In this document: piece by piece, positions 12,241 to 20,811 of the stretch
How positions within the stretch are numbered: position 1 is the stretch's first letter
Layout: each line of letters opens with the position of its first letter
Assembly: GCA_032250805.1 (NCBI GenBank)
Contig: JAVVEM010000013.1
Span: 8,268 to 72,267 of the forward strand
From: Bacteroidales bacterium
GTDB lineage: Bacteria; Bacteroidota; Bacteroidia; Bacteroidales; B18-G4
Direction: 5' to 3'
DNA: 64,000 bases
Notes under the pieces: generated by a model
The model's input: only the letters and a program-made list of their open reading frames with translations
Told to the model about the DNA's origin: nothing
Databases searched by the model: none
Position numbers and translations under genes: made by a program

Positions 12241-13761
12241 CTACATTGTTTCATTAATGTTGAACAATATCGGGCGGTCTTCCTTAAAATCATAAAGTGT
12301 TTCTTTCCTGATCTGGTAGTAGTTGCGCCAGTATGACCGCATGGCCTGGTAGTAGCCTTTTTTTGCATTGTCGGTGTCGATCTGCGCATTGTTAAGTTCA
12401 AGCACATCATTTACCTGTCCGATCATATATCGTTTCTGTGTAACATCAAAACGCTTATGGGCAACGGTATCGGCTTTGGCTGCGATACGCAGCTGGTTTT
12501 CCTGCATGTTGAACTGCATCACTTCGAGGTAAATGTTTTGCTCAAAATCAATTTCTTCCTGTTCAACAGAGGTAAATACAAGTTCTTCCTGCGATTGTGC
12601 AAGTTTAATCTGCCCGCGTGCCGAACCCCAGTCGAGGATGGGTAACCTGAAGCCCAGGCTCATCTGCTGCTGATCTTCGGGTTGGGTATACGCTGCCGGA
12701 ATGGTCGATCCCTGCTGTGCCAGTCCAAAGCGTGCCGTAAGGTCCGCATCGAATCGTCCGTTCATTTTTGCTGCATTTACAGCACTTTGCGCCTGCAGCC
12801 TGCGCTGTTCAAAATCAAGTGAGGTAGAAGAATTGTACCGCGCTTCTTCTATGGCCTTATCGGCTCTGATGGTAAAAAAGTCATCTACAATGGGCGGGAT
12901 GAGCTCAATGCGAACATCATCCTTAATGCGAAGGTATGATTTGAGTCTGAACAGGTTATTTTCAAGTTCAAGCTCTGATTGCTCAACCGCTGCTTCGGCT
13001 TTAAGGTAGTTCAACTCAAGTTGCAGCAAGTCGTTTTCTGCGATCTTACCAAGTTGATAACGCCCCTCGGCGATCCTGAAAAGGGTGTCGTAATTAAACA
13101 TGTTCTTCACCGCAATCTGCATATCAATCTGGGCCTGAAGCAGGTTGAAAAAATAATTGGTAGCAGTTATCGATACCTGTTCAACATCTTCAAGGTATTT
13201 CCGCTTAGCCAATTCGTATTTCATGGGTTCAATATGCCTGTCCCATTTGTAGGGATTGTATTTGAATATGGGCTGAACATACTCAATGTTTACAATTTCT
13301 GCAGCAAAAGGATTATTCAGGGGCGAGCCGGTAAAATTATCATAATAGTTAAGCCTGCTGTTCAATGAAATGGTCCCGCCGGTCAATCCGATGCGCTGGC
13401 CAATCGAAAGCCTGGCATTTGCTCCTCCCTGGTCGAGGGGCCTGAATTCGACACTTCCGTCGGGTTGCTGAACCGGCGATATCGACCGGTCATAAACCGG
13501 GGCAGTCCCGTCGAGGGTAAGCCCGGGAAGGTAATCAGCCTTGAATGAACGAAATTCCCAGTAACTGGCCCTGAAACGATGTTTGGCGATGAGTGCATCC
13601 GGCGATTGCTGATGGGCGATGTAGATCACATCATCGAGCGAAAGATAATTGGTGCTGTCGTTCTGCGTAACTGCCGGAGTAAAAATGATGGAACTAAAAA
13701 AGGCGACCACAAATAATGTTCGTTTGCCTCTCATTATCTTGTTCATATAATTATTATTCAT
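12241..13761 (-). CDS. TolC-family outer membrane efflux protein
   Basis: About 500 aa with a signal peptide (MNKIMRGKRTLFVVAFFSSIIFTPAVTQ) and two long coiled-coil/OEP-type repeats. Start is 13761 (overlaps the upstream stop by 8 nt) or 13746. It lies directly downstream of a MacB-type permease. Confidence 0.8.
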   Translation of the reverse strand: MNNNYMNKIMRGKRTLFVVAFFSSIIFTPAVTQNDSTNYLSLDDVIYIAHQQSPDALIAKHRFRASYWEFRSFKADYLPGLTLDGTAPVYDRSISPVQQPDGSVEFRPLDQGGANARLSIGQRIGLTGGTISLNSRLNYYDNFTGSPLNNPFAAEIVNIEYVQPIFKYNPYKWDRHIEPMKYELAKRKYLEDVEQVSITATNYFFNLLQAQIDMQIAVKNMFNYDTLFRIAEGRYQLGKIAENDLLQLELNYLKAEAAVEQSELELENNLFRLKSYLRIKDDVRIELIPPIVDDFFTIRADKAIEEARYNSSTSLDFEQRRLQAQSAVNAAKMNGRFDADLTARFGLAQQGSTIPAAYTQPEDQQQMSLGFRLPILDWGSARGQIKLAQSQEELVFTSVEQEEIDFEQNIYLEVMQFNMQENQLRIAAKADTVAHKRFDVTQKRYMIGQVNDVLELNNAQIDTDNAKKGYYQAMRSYWRNYYQIRKETLYDFKEDRPILFNINETM

Positions 13762-15115
13762 GACGGAGTGATTCAACTGGATTCTGGTTTGCTGCCTTGC
13801 GCGAGGGCATATATCCAAAAGTAATGCCAATGGCAGCCGAAACGCCAAAGGATACTACAATAGAAAGTAATGAAATGATGGTGAGGATACCGGTAAATTC
13901 TGTTATGAGCTTGGCAAAGGTCACACCCAGTATGATCCCGATAAATCCTCCCGTGATGCTGATCAAGGTTGCTTCGGTAAGAAATTGTGCAATGATGTCG
14001 CGTCGTGTGGCTCCCGTAGCGCGACGCACACCGATCTCACGGATGCGTTCCATCACAGAGGCAAGCATGATGTTCATAATGCCAATGCCTCCTACAAGCA
14101 GTGAAATGCTCGCAATTACGCCCAAAACAATGTTAAAGATGTCTTTTGTGCGCTGTTCCTGCTTGAGCAGAAGCTCCGGAACAGTAATTTCAAAATCAGG
14201 GATCTCTTCGTGCCTTCTCAGCATCATCTTTTTTAGCAGGCTTGTGGTCGCATTCAGGTTCTCACTTTTATCAACCTGTACAACAATTTTGTCAAGCTGG
14301 TTTTTATTGGTTTCTTCATTCGATCCTCCACTGAAAGTAGATGAAACAACTGCGCCATGCCTGACCACGACCTCCCCGCCACCGCCTCCTCCAATATCGC
14401 GCTTGTCGATCACCGAACGGTCTTTATAGCGCAATAATACAGTTTGCAGAGGAGCATAGATGTTGTTGTTGTAATCGCTGATGCCAAGATCCTCAGAGGT
14501 GCCTGCGGCCATTTTCATGCTCTCCAGTATCCCTACAACTTTCAACCAGATATTTCCGCATTTGATATATTTTCCTATGGGATTTTCGGCAGGAAAGAAA
14601 CGTGATTTAATGGTGGGTCCGATAATGCATACCGGACTGCCGTTTTGCAGCTGGATGTCATTGAACATCTCACCATCCTGCAGGGGCAGGCTGTAAACAT
14701 GAAAAAAATCAGGTGTAACTCCTTTCAGTGTGGCTTTTTTCCGTATACCGCTGTTAATGATATAAGTTTCGTATGAAACTTCGGGGCTTACCCGCATAAC
14801 TGTGGGAATGATTTCGGCAATGCTCCGGGCATCCTTCAGGGTAAGCCCGGGCGAATATTTTCCCTTCATCGATTTTCCTTCATCCTCATTTGAGCTGGCA
14901 GCCGAGTTATCAAGTATGGGAGTGATCATGATGTTATTTACGCCAACCATCTTGATCTGTTCCAGGATCTCCTGTCGTGCACCATTGCCAATTGCCATCA
15001 TTGCAATCACCGCGGCAACTCCGAAAATTATACCAAGAGCAGTGAGTATCGACCGGAACTTATTTGCAAGAACGGCATCAATGGCTATGTTCAGAATGTG
15101 GTAATATCTTTCCAA
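13754..15115 (-). CDS. MacB/FtsX-family ABC transporter permease (MacB periplasmic core domain plus FtsX 4-TM), no fused ATPase
   Basis: An N-terminal TM (FRSILTALGIIFGVAAVIAMMAIG) is followed by a large periplasmic domain and a C-terminal FtsX region (IASISLLVGGIGIMNIMLASVMERIREIGVRRATGA). The periplasmic domain carries a GGGGGGEVVV insert. Confidence 0.85.
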   Translation of the reverse strand: MERYYHILNIAIDAVLANKFRSILTALGIIFGVAAVIAMMAIGNGARQEILEQIKMVGVNNIMITPILDNSAASSNEDEGKSMKGKYSPGLTLKDARSIAEIIPTVMRVSPEVSYETYIINSGIRKKATLKGVTPDFFHVYSLPLQDGEMFNDIQLQNGSPVCIIGPTIKSRFFPAENPIGKYIKCGNIWLKVVGILESMKMAAGTSEDLGISDYNNNIYAPLQTVLLRYKDRSVIDKRDIGGGGGGEVVVRHGAVVSSTFSGGSNEETNKNQLDKIVVQVDKSENLNATTSLLKKMMLRRHEEIPDFEITVPELLLKQEQRTKDIFNIVLGVIASISLLVGGIGIMNIMLASVMERIREIGVRRATGATRRDIIAQFLTEATLISITGGFIGIILGVTFAKLITEFTGILTIISLLSIVVSFGVSAAIGITFGYMPSRKAANQNPVESLRHE

Positions 15116-15174
15116 GATCAGTGTTTTATTTTCTCTTATAAACGCCTTAAAGCAGGCTTAATTATGAATGATTG

Positions 15175-15182
15175 CAAATTTA
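15175..15182 (-). promoter_or_regulatory. Bacteroidota -7 promoter box (TAAATTTG) for the macB-like/tolC operon
   Basis: The reverse complement of caaattta matches TAnnTTTG. It lies 60 nt upstream of the ATG at 15115. Confidence 0.45.
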
Positions 15183-15228
15183 GGTAATTATTCGTAAGAC
15201 TGAATACATTCAGGATGGTTTAATTTTA

Positions 15229-16095
15229 TTATGCTGAATTGCCGGGTGCCATTTCCGCGAATGATTGTATGATACGCTCCACATATGTTTTTGATACCAG
15301 CAGTGATAATGATGGCTCGATTCCAAGCTCCAGATGAAGACCGTCTTTTTCTTTACGAATGATCCTGACTTTATCGAGGTTTACCATATATGAGCGGTGG
15401 CAGCGAACAATGTTCAGGTCTTCAAACTGTGTTTCGTAGGAACGCAGGGTGTTGCGCACCATGAATTTCTTTACTTTACTGCCTTGAAGATAGTGTATGG
15501 TAACGTAGTTGTCGGCTGCTTCAAGGTACAGCAGATCTTCATGTTTCAGGCTCAGGCGCAGGGTCCCTTTTTCATCCCTGAAGGGGATCATCACGCTGTT
15601 GTGGGTTTCGGCCGGTAATTTATGCTCTTCGAGTTTCTCGAGTTTTGCCGATTTATCCTGCCACGAAAAGAAAAGCCAGAGTATTGTATAGGGCAAAAGA
15701 ATAACCAATGAAGTGTTTTTCATGCTGATGCTTGCTATCTCCATAAAGTCGCGCTCATCAGCAAGTATAAACTTCACATAAATGGAATAAACAAAAGCCA
15801 TAACCAGTATCTCGATAAATACCCAAAGAATATACCTCCAGTAATTTAACTGTTTTACGCGGCTGTAATGGTACATGACCATTCTGCTCACCACAACCAC
15901 CAGCATACCTGTGAGGATCACAAAACTTGAATAGAGAAATAGCCTGATCCCTGTTAGTTCCAGGTAGAGGTCTACCCTGAAAGGATCATAAATATTGATA
16001 AAAGCAAGTGCAAATACTGCAGTAAAGATCACGAGTCGGATAAGATTGCCCTTTCGCGTAAGATAGTCGGGAATGGCTTTTTCGTAAAATTGCAT
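15229..16095 (-). CDS. Membrane-tethered LytTR-domain DNA-binding protein (no receiver domain)
   Basis: The N-terminal ~150 aa carry 4-5 hydrophobic spans. The C-terminal ~100 aa (LYLEAADNYVTIHYLQGSKVKKFMVRNTLRSYETQF...IVRCHRSYMVNLDKV) is a LytTR domain. Confidence 0.85.
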   Translation of the reverse strand: MQFYEKAIPDYLTRKGNLIRLVIFTAVFALAFINIYDPFRVDLYLELTGIRLFLYSSFVILTGMLVVVVSRMVMYHYSRVKQLNYWRYILWVFIEILVMAFVYSIYVKFILADERDFMEIASISMKNTSLVILLPYTILWLFFSWQDKSAKLEKLEEHKLPAETHNSVMIPFRDEKGTLRLSLKHEDLLYLEAADNYVTIHYLQGSKVKKFMVRNTLRSYETQFEDLNIVRCHRSYMVNLDKVRIIRKEKDGLHLELGIEPSLSLLVSKTYVERIIQSFAEMAPGNSA

Positions 16096-16188
16096 GAAGG
16101 CAGTATTAAGGTATTGGTTAATTCCTCAGCAAAACTAATGTAATTTTAAGCCATTTCAAATCAATATTTTCATTTTTAAAAATCTGAG

Positions 16189-16239
16189 TTCACCCCTGTA
16201 TTTTGATTTTCACCCCGTATATTATCATTTAGTCACCCG
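16189..16239. promoter_or_regulatory. Three direct repeats of (T/G)TCACCC(C/G), candidate LytTR operator
   Basis: TTCACCCC at 16189-16196 and at 16209-16216, separated by exactly 12 bp. A third copy, GTCACCCG, is at 16232-16239. They lie in the divergent intergenic region between the LytTR gene and the alpha/beta hydrolase gene. Confidence 0.5.
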
Positions 16240-16313
16240 ATTTCGGCCTGCATACCAATTATTTGACAATATTGATTTGACTTTCAGAATTTTGTAAAAA
16301 ATAAATTTATCTG

Positions 16314-17507
16314 ATGAACGGTTATACGGCATACCATAAAATACTGGCGCAGGCATTTTCGCTTGAAAAGGATGTTTCCGGGATATCAGATACGGGCATA
16401 GGATATAAAACCTTTTCGTTTAGTTCGAAGTCAATTGATCACCTGCCGGTTTCGCGCGAGCTATCCCCGAATGAAAAAAAATTCCTCAGTGGAATGCCCG
16501 ACAATGAGATCAGGGAAAACATTGAATTTCGTTATCCGGTATTTCTTCCTGAAGGGAAAACGCAAATGGATAAGGTGATTATTTTGCTGCATGGATTAAA
16601 CGAAAAAAGCTGGAAAAAGTATCTTCCCTGGGCACGCGAACTTGTTTTGCGTACCGGTCAGGCAGTACTTATGTTTCCGATAAGTTTTCACATGAACCGC
16701 ACACCTGCCGATTGGACAAACGTGCGCAGCATGGATATACTCAGCCGGCAACGCAGGACCAGATATACAGAGCAGTCGTGCACCAGCTTTGCCAATGCCG
16801 CTATTAGTGAACGGCTCGACAATATGCCTGAACGCTTTGCGCTTTCAGGATATCAGAGTGTAATGGATCTCCTTAATTTGGTAAATCATATCAGCTCCGG
16901 TAAACACCCTGTATTCAAAGAAGGTTCTGAGATCCACTTCTTTGGGTATTCTATCGGAGCTTTTTTGGCCCAGGTATTGATGATCGCAAATCCCAATGGT
17001 GTTTTTAACCAGTCGAGGTTTGTGCTTTTTGCCGGTGGAACAGTATTCAGCCATATTAACGGCACATCAAAGTTCATTATCGATCAACAGGCCTTCACAC
17101 AGCTGCGAAAGTATTACTTAAATCACAACTCCTGGCGCAGCCGTACGCTTCGTGCATATGTTGAGGTGATGCAGGTGAAAAATATTGCGCGGGCTTTCAT
17201 GGCCATGCTTTCGCCTGAATATTTTAAGGGCATGCGCGAAAAGACCTTTAACCAATTCAGGGATCAGATGTTGGTTATGGCAATGAAAAACGACAAGGTG
17301 TTCCCGGCCGATGATATCTTTATGAATTTTAAAAATTCAGGAGTGAAGGTTAACCTGCTCGATCCGCCATACCGTTATTCGCACGAAACTCCTTTCCCTG
17401 TCAGTGCCGATGAGCAAAAAGCGGCACAGGTCGATAAGTGGTTCGACATGGTTTTTACCGAGGCAGGCGACTTTTTGAGGAAATATAGTATCTACGGTTT
17501 TGAATGA
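16314..17507 (+). CDS. Alpha/beta-hydrolase fold protein, unknown substrate
   Basis: Oxyanion-type LLHGLNE and a nucleophile elbow GYSIG (G-x-S-x-G); 397 aa, with no signal peptide evident. Confidence 0.6.
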   Translation: MNGYTAYHKILAQAFSLEKDVSGISDTGIGYKTFSFSSKSIDHLPVSRELSPNEKKFLSGMPDNEIRENIEFRYPVFLPEGKTQMDKVIILLHGLNEKSWKKYLPWARELVLRTGQAVLMFPISFHMNRTPADWTNVRSMDILSRQRRTRYTEQSCTSFANAAISERLDNMPERFALSGYQSVMDLLNLVNHISSGKHPVFKEGSEIHFFGYSIGAFLAQVLMIANPNGVFNQSRFVLFAGGTVFSHINGTSKFIIDQQAFTQLRKYYLNHNSWRSRTLRAYVEVMQVKNIARAFMAMLSPEYFKGMREKTFNQFRDQMLVMAMKNDKVFPADDIFMNFKNSGVKVNLLDPPYRYSHETPFPVSADEQKAAQVDKWFDMVFTEAGDFLRKYSIYGFE

Positions 17508-17605
17508 TCCGCAACAGCATTAACTTTGCCACACTTTCTTTGGGGCCTATCCCGGCACAGCGGTAAATAAAAACCTGAAACCCTGTTACTAATTATAGGG
17601 AAAAT

Positions 17606-17905
17606 CTACTTTTCTTCATCAACAATTAAATAAATATCCTCATTGTCGCGCTTCATGAGGTATTTTTCACGGCCGAATTTTTCAAGGGTAAGGGTGTCGG
17701 TGATAAGCTCACGGGTAGCTTGCCGATCTTTTTCTATTTGCGTGAGGTAATATTCTTTTTCCTGTTTTAGTTCTTTCAGCGTACGGTTCAGCCGCACCTG
17801 CCCGATGAAATTATGGGGATCGAAAAATAACATCCACACAAGAAAAATGACGATAGTGTAAACATATTTGTTTTTAAGGCGATGGATGAAATTGTTTGTC
17901 GTCAT
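17606..17905 (-). CDS. Septum formation initiator (FtsB/DivIC-like) protein
   Basis: A single N-terminal TM (YTIVIFLVWMLFF) followed by a coiled coil (LNRTLKELKQEKEYYLTQIEKDRQ). Start chosen at MTTNN; the listed ORF extends to 17941. Confidence 0.65.
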   Translation of the reverse strand: MTTNNFIHRLKNKYVYTIVIFLVWMLFFDPHNFIGQVRLNRTLKELKQEKEYYLTQIEKDRQATRELITDTLTLEKFGREKYLMKRDNEDIYLIVDEEK

Positions 17906-17987
17906 GCTGCAAAAATAAGGATTGTCATGGTGCGAAAACATTGTGTTGTTTAATTCTTTTCATCAATAGATTGTTGATAAGATTGGT

Positions 17988-18734
17988 TTAATTTTTTAAT
18001 GCCCGCACAAAATAATAATTGGTATCGGGGTAAAAATTGCGTTTTACCGATGTAAATCCCGATTCATGCAGGGCGGGTTTTAATTGGGCATATCCAAGCG
18101 GAAAAAAATCGAACACAAATTTTTTATATTCCGTTGTTTTTATGTCAAGCGTGTCAACATGCATTTTACATACCGTGTTCCAACCTGTGAGGTCCCAGTA
18201 ATAGCGTACCCGCATTTCCGATCCTTTTTTTCCGGCTTCAAATTCCTGCGGCTTCAGGTTATTTTCTGCAAAGGTCTTTTCCCAGTTGCGGATATCGAAA
18301 CAGAAAGTGCCCCCATCGCAGAGGCTCCGGAAAATCCCGTTCAGTGATTGCGCCAGCATGTTCATGCCTTCCAGGTGAGAGAAAGAATTTCCGGGGCTCA
18401 TAATGAACTGATATTGCATGCCTGAATTTTCCGACAGCTCTTTCCATGAGCTACGGAAAAAATGTATCTTCACTTTTGCAAACTGCGCTTTTTCCCGGGC
18501 TTTTTCCAGCATACTTTCGCTGATGTCGGAAGCATAAACCTTAAACCCCTGTCGGGCCAGCCATATGGCGTGATCGCCGGTGCCGCACGAGCAATCAAGC
18601 ACTGCAGCACCTTTTTTGAGGTTTTTCAGGATCTTTTGGGCTTTTATCCTGAAAAACAGGGCGCCATCGTCACCCTCCGAAAGATGGTCGTAAATTGATG
18701 CGATGTCGTTGTATTGCTGGCGTATACGCTTCAC
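17988..18734 (-). CDS. Class I SAM-dependent methyltransferase
   Basis: Motif I VLDCSCGTGDHAIWLA and an acidic post-I residue (VYASDIS); 248 aa. Confidence 0.8.
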   Translation of the reverse strand: MKRIRQQYNDIASIYDHLSEGDDGALFFRIKAQKILKNLKKGAAVLDCSCGTGDHAIWLARQGFKVYASDISESMLEKAREKAQFAKVKIHFFRSSWKELSENSGMQYQFIMSPGNSFSHLEGMNMLAQSLNGIFRSLCDGGTFCFDIRNWEKTFAENNLKPQEFEAGKKGSEMRVRYYWDLTGWNTVCKMHVDTLDIKTTEYKKFVFDFFPLGYAQLKPALHESGFTSVKRNFYPDTNYYFVRALKN

Positions 18735-18774
18735 TTCTGAATGGATAATTTGTCATTTACGGTCTTCAGTTTTC

Positions 18775-19332
18775 TTATAACCCCAAACGATCACTGATCC
18801 CCCGCATGGCAAAGATGGCAAGTTCGGCGAATTCGGGCAGGGGGATGCCGATCTTCTCGCATTCGCGAATGGCATCGCGGTTGACCGAGGCGGCAAAAGC
18901 CTTTTCCTTCATTCGTTTTACAACAGATTTTTGCTTAACACCCGACAGCTTTTTGTCGGGGTAAACCAGGGTTGTTGCTACTATAAGACCGGTGATGGTT
19001 TCACCGGCGGCCAATGCATGATGAAACTCCTTGGTACGTGGTAGGCCGGTTGCTTCCTCATTGTGCAGTTTAATGGCTTCAATGCTTTCCTCGTCCATGC
19101 CGGCTTCCCTGAGTATAGTCACTCCTTCAAGGCCATGCCTTTTTGGGTCGGCGTCAGTGATTTCTACATCAATATCATGCAGAAGGCCGGCAATTCCCCA
19201 TTGATCTTCGTCCCTTCCAAGTTTTTTTGCCAGCGCCCGCAGCACCGCTTCCGAGGCGTAACAGTGATTCTTCATGCGCTCGTTTTTTATATAGCGGTCG
19301 AGAAGTTCCAGGGCCTTGTCGCGTGTCATCAT
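18775..19332 (-). CDS. HD-domain metal-dependent phosphohydrolase
   Basis: H...HD signature (NHCYASEAV...GLLHDID); 185 aa. Confidence 0.7.
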   Translation of the reverse strand: MMTRDKALELLDRYIKNERMKNHCYASEAVLRALAKKLGRDEDQWGIAGLLHDIDVEITDADPKRHGLEGVTILREAGMDEESIEAIKLHNEEATGLPRTKEFHHALAAGETITGLIVATTLVYPDKKLSGVKQKSVVKRMKEKAFAASVNRDAIRECEKIGIPLPEFAELAIFAMRGISDRLGL

Positions 19333-19374
19333 ATATTTTGTTTAGGGGTGAATGTCTGATTTAATAAGGAACAA

Positions 19375-20319
19375 TTAATGGGTATCTAACCCATGCAGCA
19401 TATACACCATATGCCTGAGCGATTTTGTGATCTCAGCCATATATTCGTTCACGGCCTTAACGCTTCCGGGAAGCGCAAAAAGTAAGCTTTTACCGGCAGT
19501 TCCGGCCACGCCACGGCTGAGCAAGGCATTGGGTTTCTCCATACCATATATCATACGAATCATTTCCATGATCCCGGGGATCTCCTTTTTAATCACACTG
19601 CGCAAAACCTCGGGACTGATATCTCTTGGCCCGATGCCGGTGCCGCCCGTAGTAAAGATAAAGTCAACCCCCTGCTCAATGGCATCCAGCAACAAGGCGC
19701 TTAAAGCCTGTTCGTCATCAGGGATCAGGATATTTTCCACCTCGTGCAGCCATTTCTGACTTTCGAAGAACTCAATCAGCAACTGGCTGAGCCGCGGCCC
19801 GCTGCGGTCTTCATATTCTCCTGCGTGAGCACGGTCGCTCAGGGTGACCACCAGGGCACTGAATACTTTTGGAATGTATTCAAGTGTGTCGCCGGCCTGC
19901 AGGTCGCCCAAACTCAGAACCCTGCAAAAAATACCTTCTTTCGGCATTACACAATTCCCAACCTCACGGTATATGGAACAACTGTCGCCATGGCATTTTT
20001 TACCGATCTGGGTTACTTCCAGTTCAAGCTCCTTACAGTAAAAACGATCGAGGGGTGAGGCTTTATACAGTAGCATGCCTTCGGTGGTGATGTTTTCGGC
20101 AAATTCTCCGTATTTGATCTCCCTGCCGGCCAGTTTTGCGAATTTATCAACACTTTCTTTTGCCAGCATGCTTACCTGGCGGTGCCATTTTCCCGCGTGC
20201 GCATCCCCCTCAACCCCACGGTTGTTGAGGTGGATCTCGCTTACCGGGACTTTAACGGTGCCTTTTTTTTCTGATATGTTTACTGAAAGGATTTTAACAT
20301 TTGTTGATTGTATGCTCAT
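19375..20319 (-). CDS. MOSC-domain / MogA (MoaB-type molybdopterin adenylyltransferase) fusion protein
   Basis: The N-terminal ~150 aa resemble a MOSC beta-barrel (GVEGDAHAG...QVSMLA...ENITTEG). The C-terminal ~160 aa carry the MogA/MoaB signature FIFTTGGTGIGPRDISPE and LPGSVKAV. Confidence 0.75.
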   Translation of the reverse strand: MSIQSTNVKILSVNISEKKGTVKVPVSEIHLNNRGVEGDAHAGKWHRQVSMLAKESVDKFAKLAGREIKYGEFAENITTEGMLLYKASPLDRFYCKELELEVTQIGKKCHGDSCSIYREVGNCVMPKEGIFCRVLSLGDLQAGDTLEYIPKVFSALVVTLSDRAHAGEYEDRSGPRLSQLLIEFFESQKWLHEVENILIPDDEQALSALLLDAIEQGVDFIFTTGGTGIGPRDISPEVLRSVIKKEIPGIMEMIRMIYGMEKPNALLSRGVAGTAGKSLLFALPGSVKAVNEYMAEITKSLRHMVYMLHGLDTH

Positions 20320-20351
20320 CTTAATTTTTTTGTTTATGTATCTTATCTTGC

Positions 20352-20359
20352 TATATTTG
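20352..20359 (+). promoter_or_regulatory. Bacteroidota -7 promoter box (TATATTTG) for the small membrane protein gene
   Basis: Matches TAnnTTTG, 58 nt upstream of the ATG at 20417. Confidence 0.4.
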
Positions 20360-20416
20360 TATATCGGTCAGTGTAAATGCGCTGACGGTTCACAAAAATA
20401 ACTAAAACATATTAGT

Positions 20417-20800
20417 ATGGAACAACCAAATGCAGATCAGAGTAATTTGATTAAAGAAGTTACGACTCCTGTATATCAGGCACGTGGCTGGATGAAATTT
20501 ATTGGTGTCCTTATGATCATTGGTGGCATTCTTTATGCCCTTACCATTGTAGGGATCATTATCGCCTGGTTGCCAATCTGGATGGGAGTGGTGCTTTTAA
20601 AGGCAGGCTCCTCCTCGGAGCAGGCCTATTTCAGCGGTGATAAATATAGCCTGATCAAATCGCTTAACCAGATCAAACTGTATTTTACCATTATGGGCAT
20701 CCTTACCCTTATTAGTATTGTATTTTCTGCAATAGCAATTATAGCGTTTATTGCAGGAGGTTTTGCCTTTGGTGAATTTTTTGATGGCGGATATTACTAG
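20417..20800 (+). CDS. Small multi-pass membrane protein, unknown function
   Basis: 127 aa with 3-4 hydrophobic spans and no catalytic motif. Confidence 0.5.
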   Translation: MEQPNADQSNLIKEVTTPVYQARGWMKFIGVLMIIGGILYALTIVGIIIAWLPIWMGVVLLKAGSSSEQAYFSGDKYSLIKSLNQIKLYFTIMGILTLISIVFSAIAIIAFIAGGFAFGEFFDGGYY

Positions 20801-20811
20801 AAATTTACCGA

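Noticed and set aside
13797-14429. 210-aa ORF on the plus strand
   Set aside because: It is antisense to the MacB/FtsX permease. Its Ser/Pro/Met-rich translation is typical of a shadow frame.
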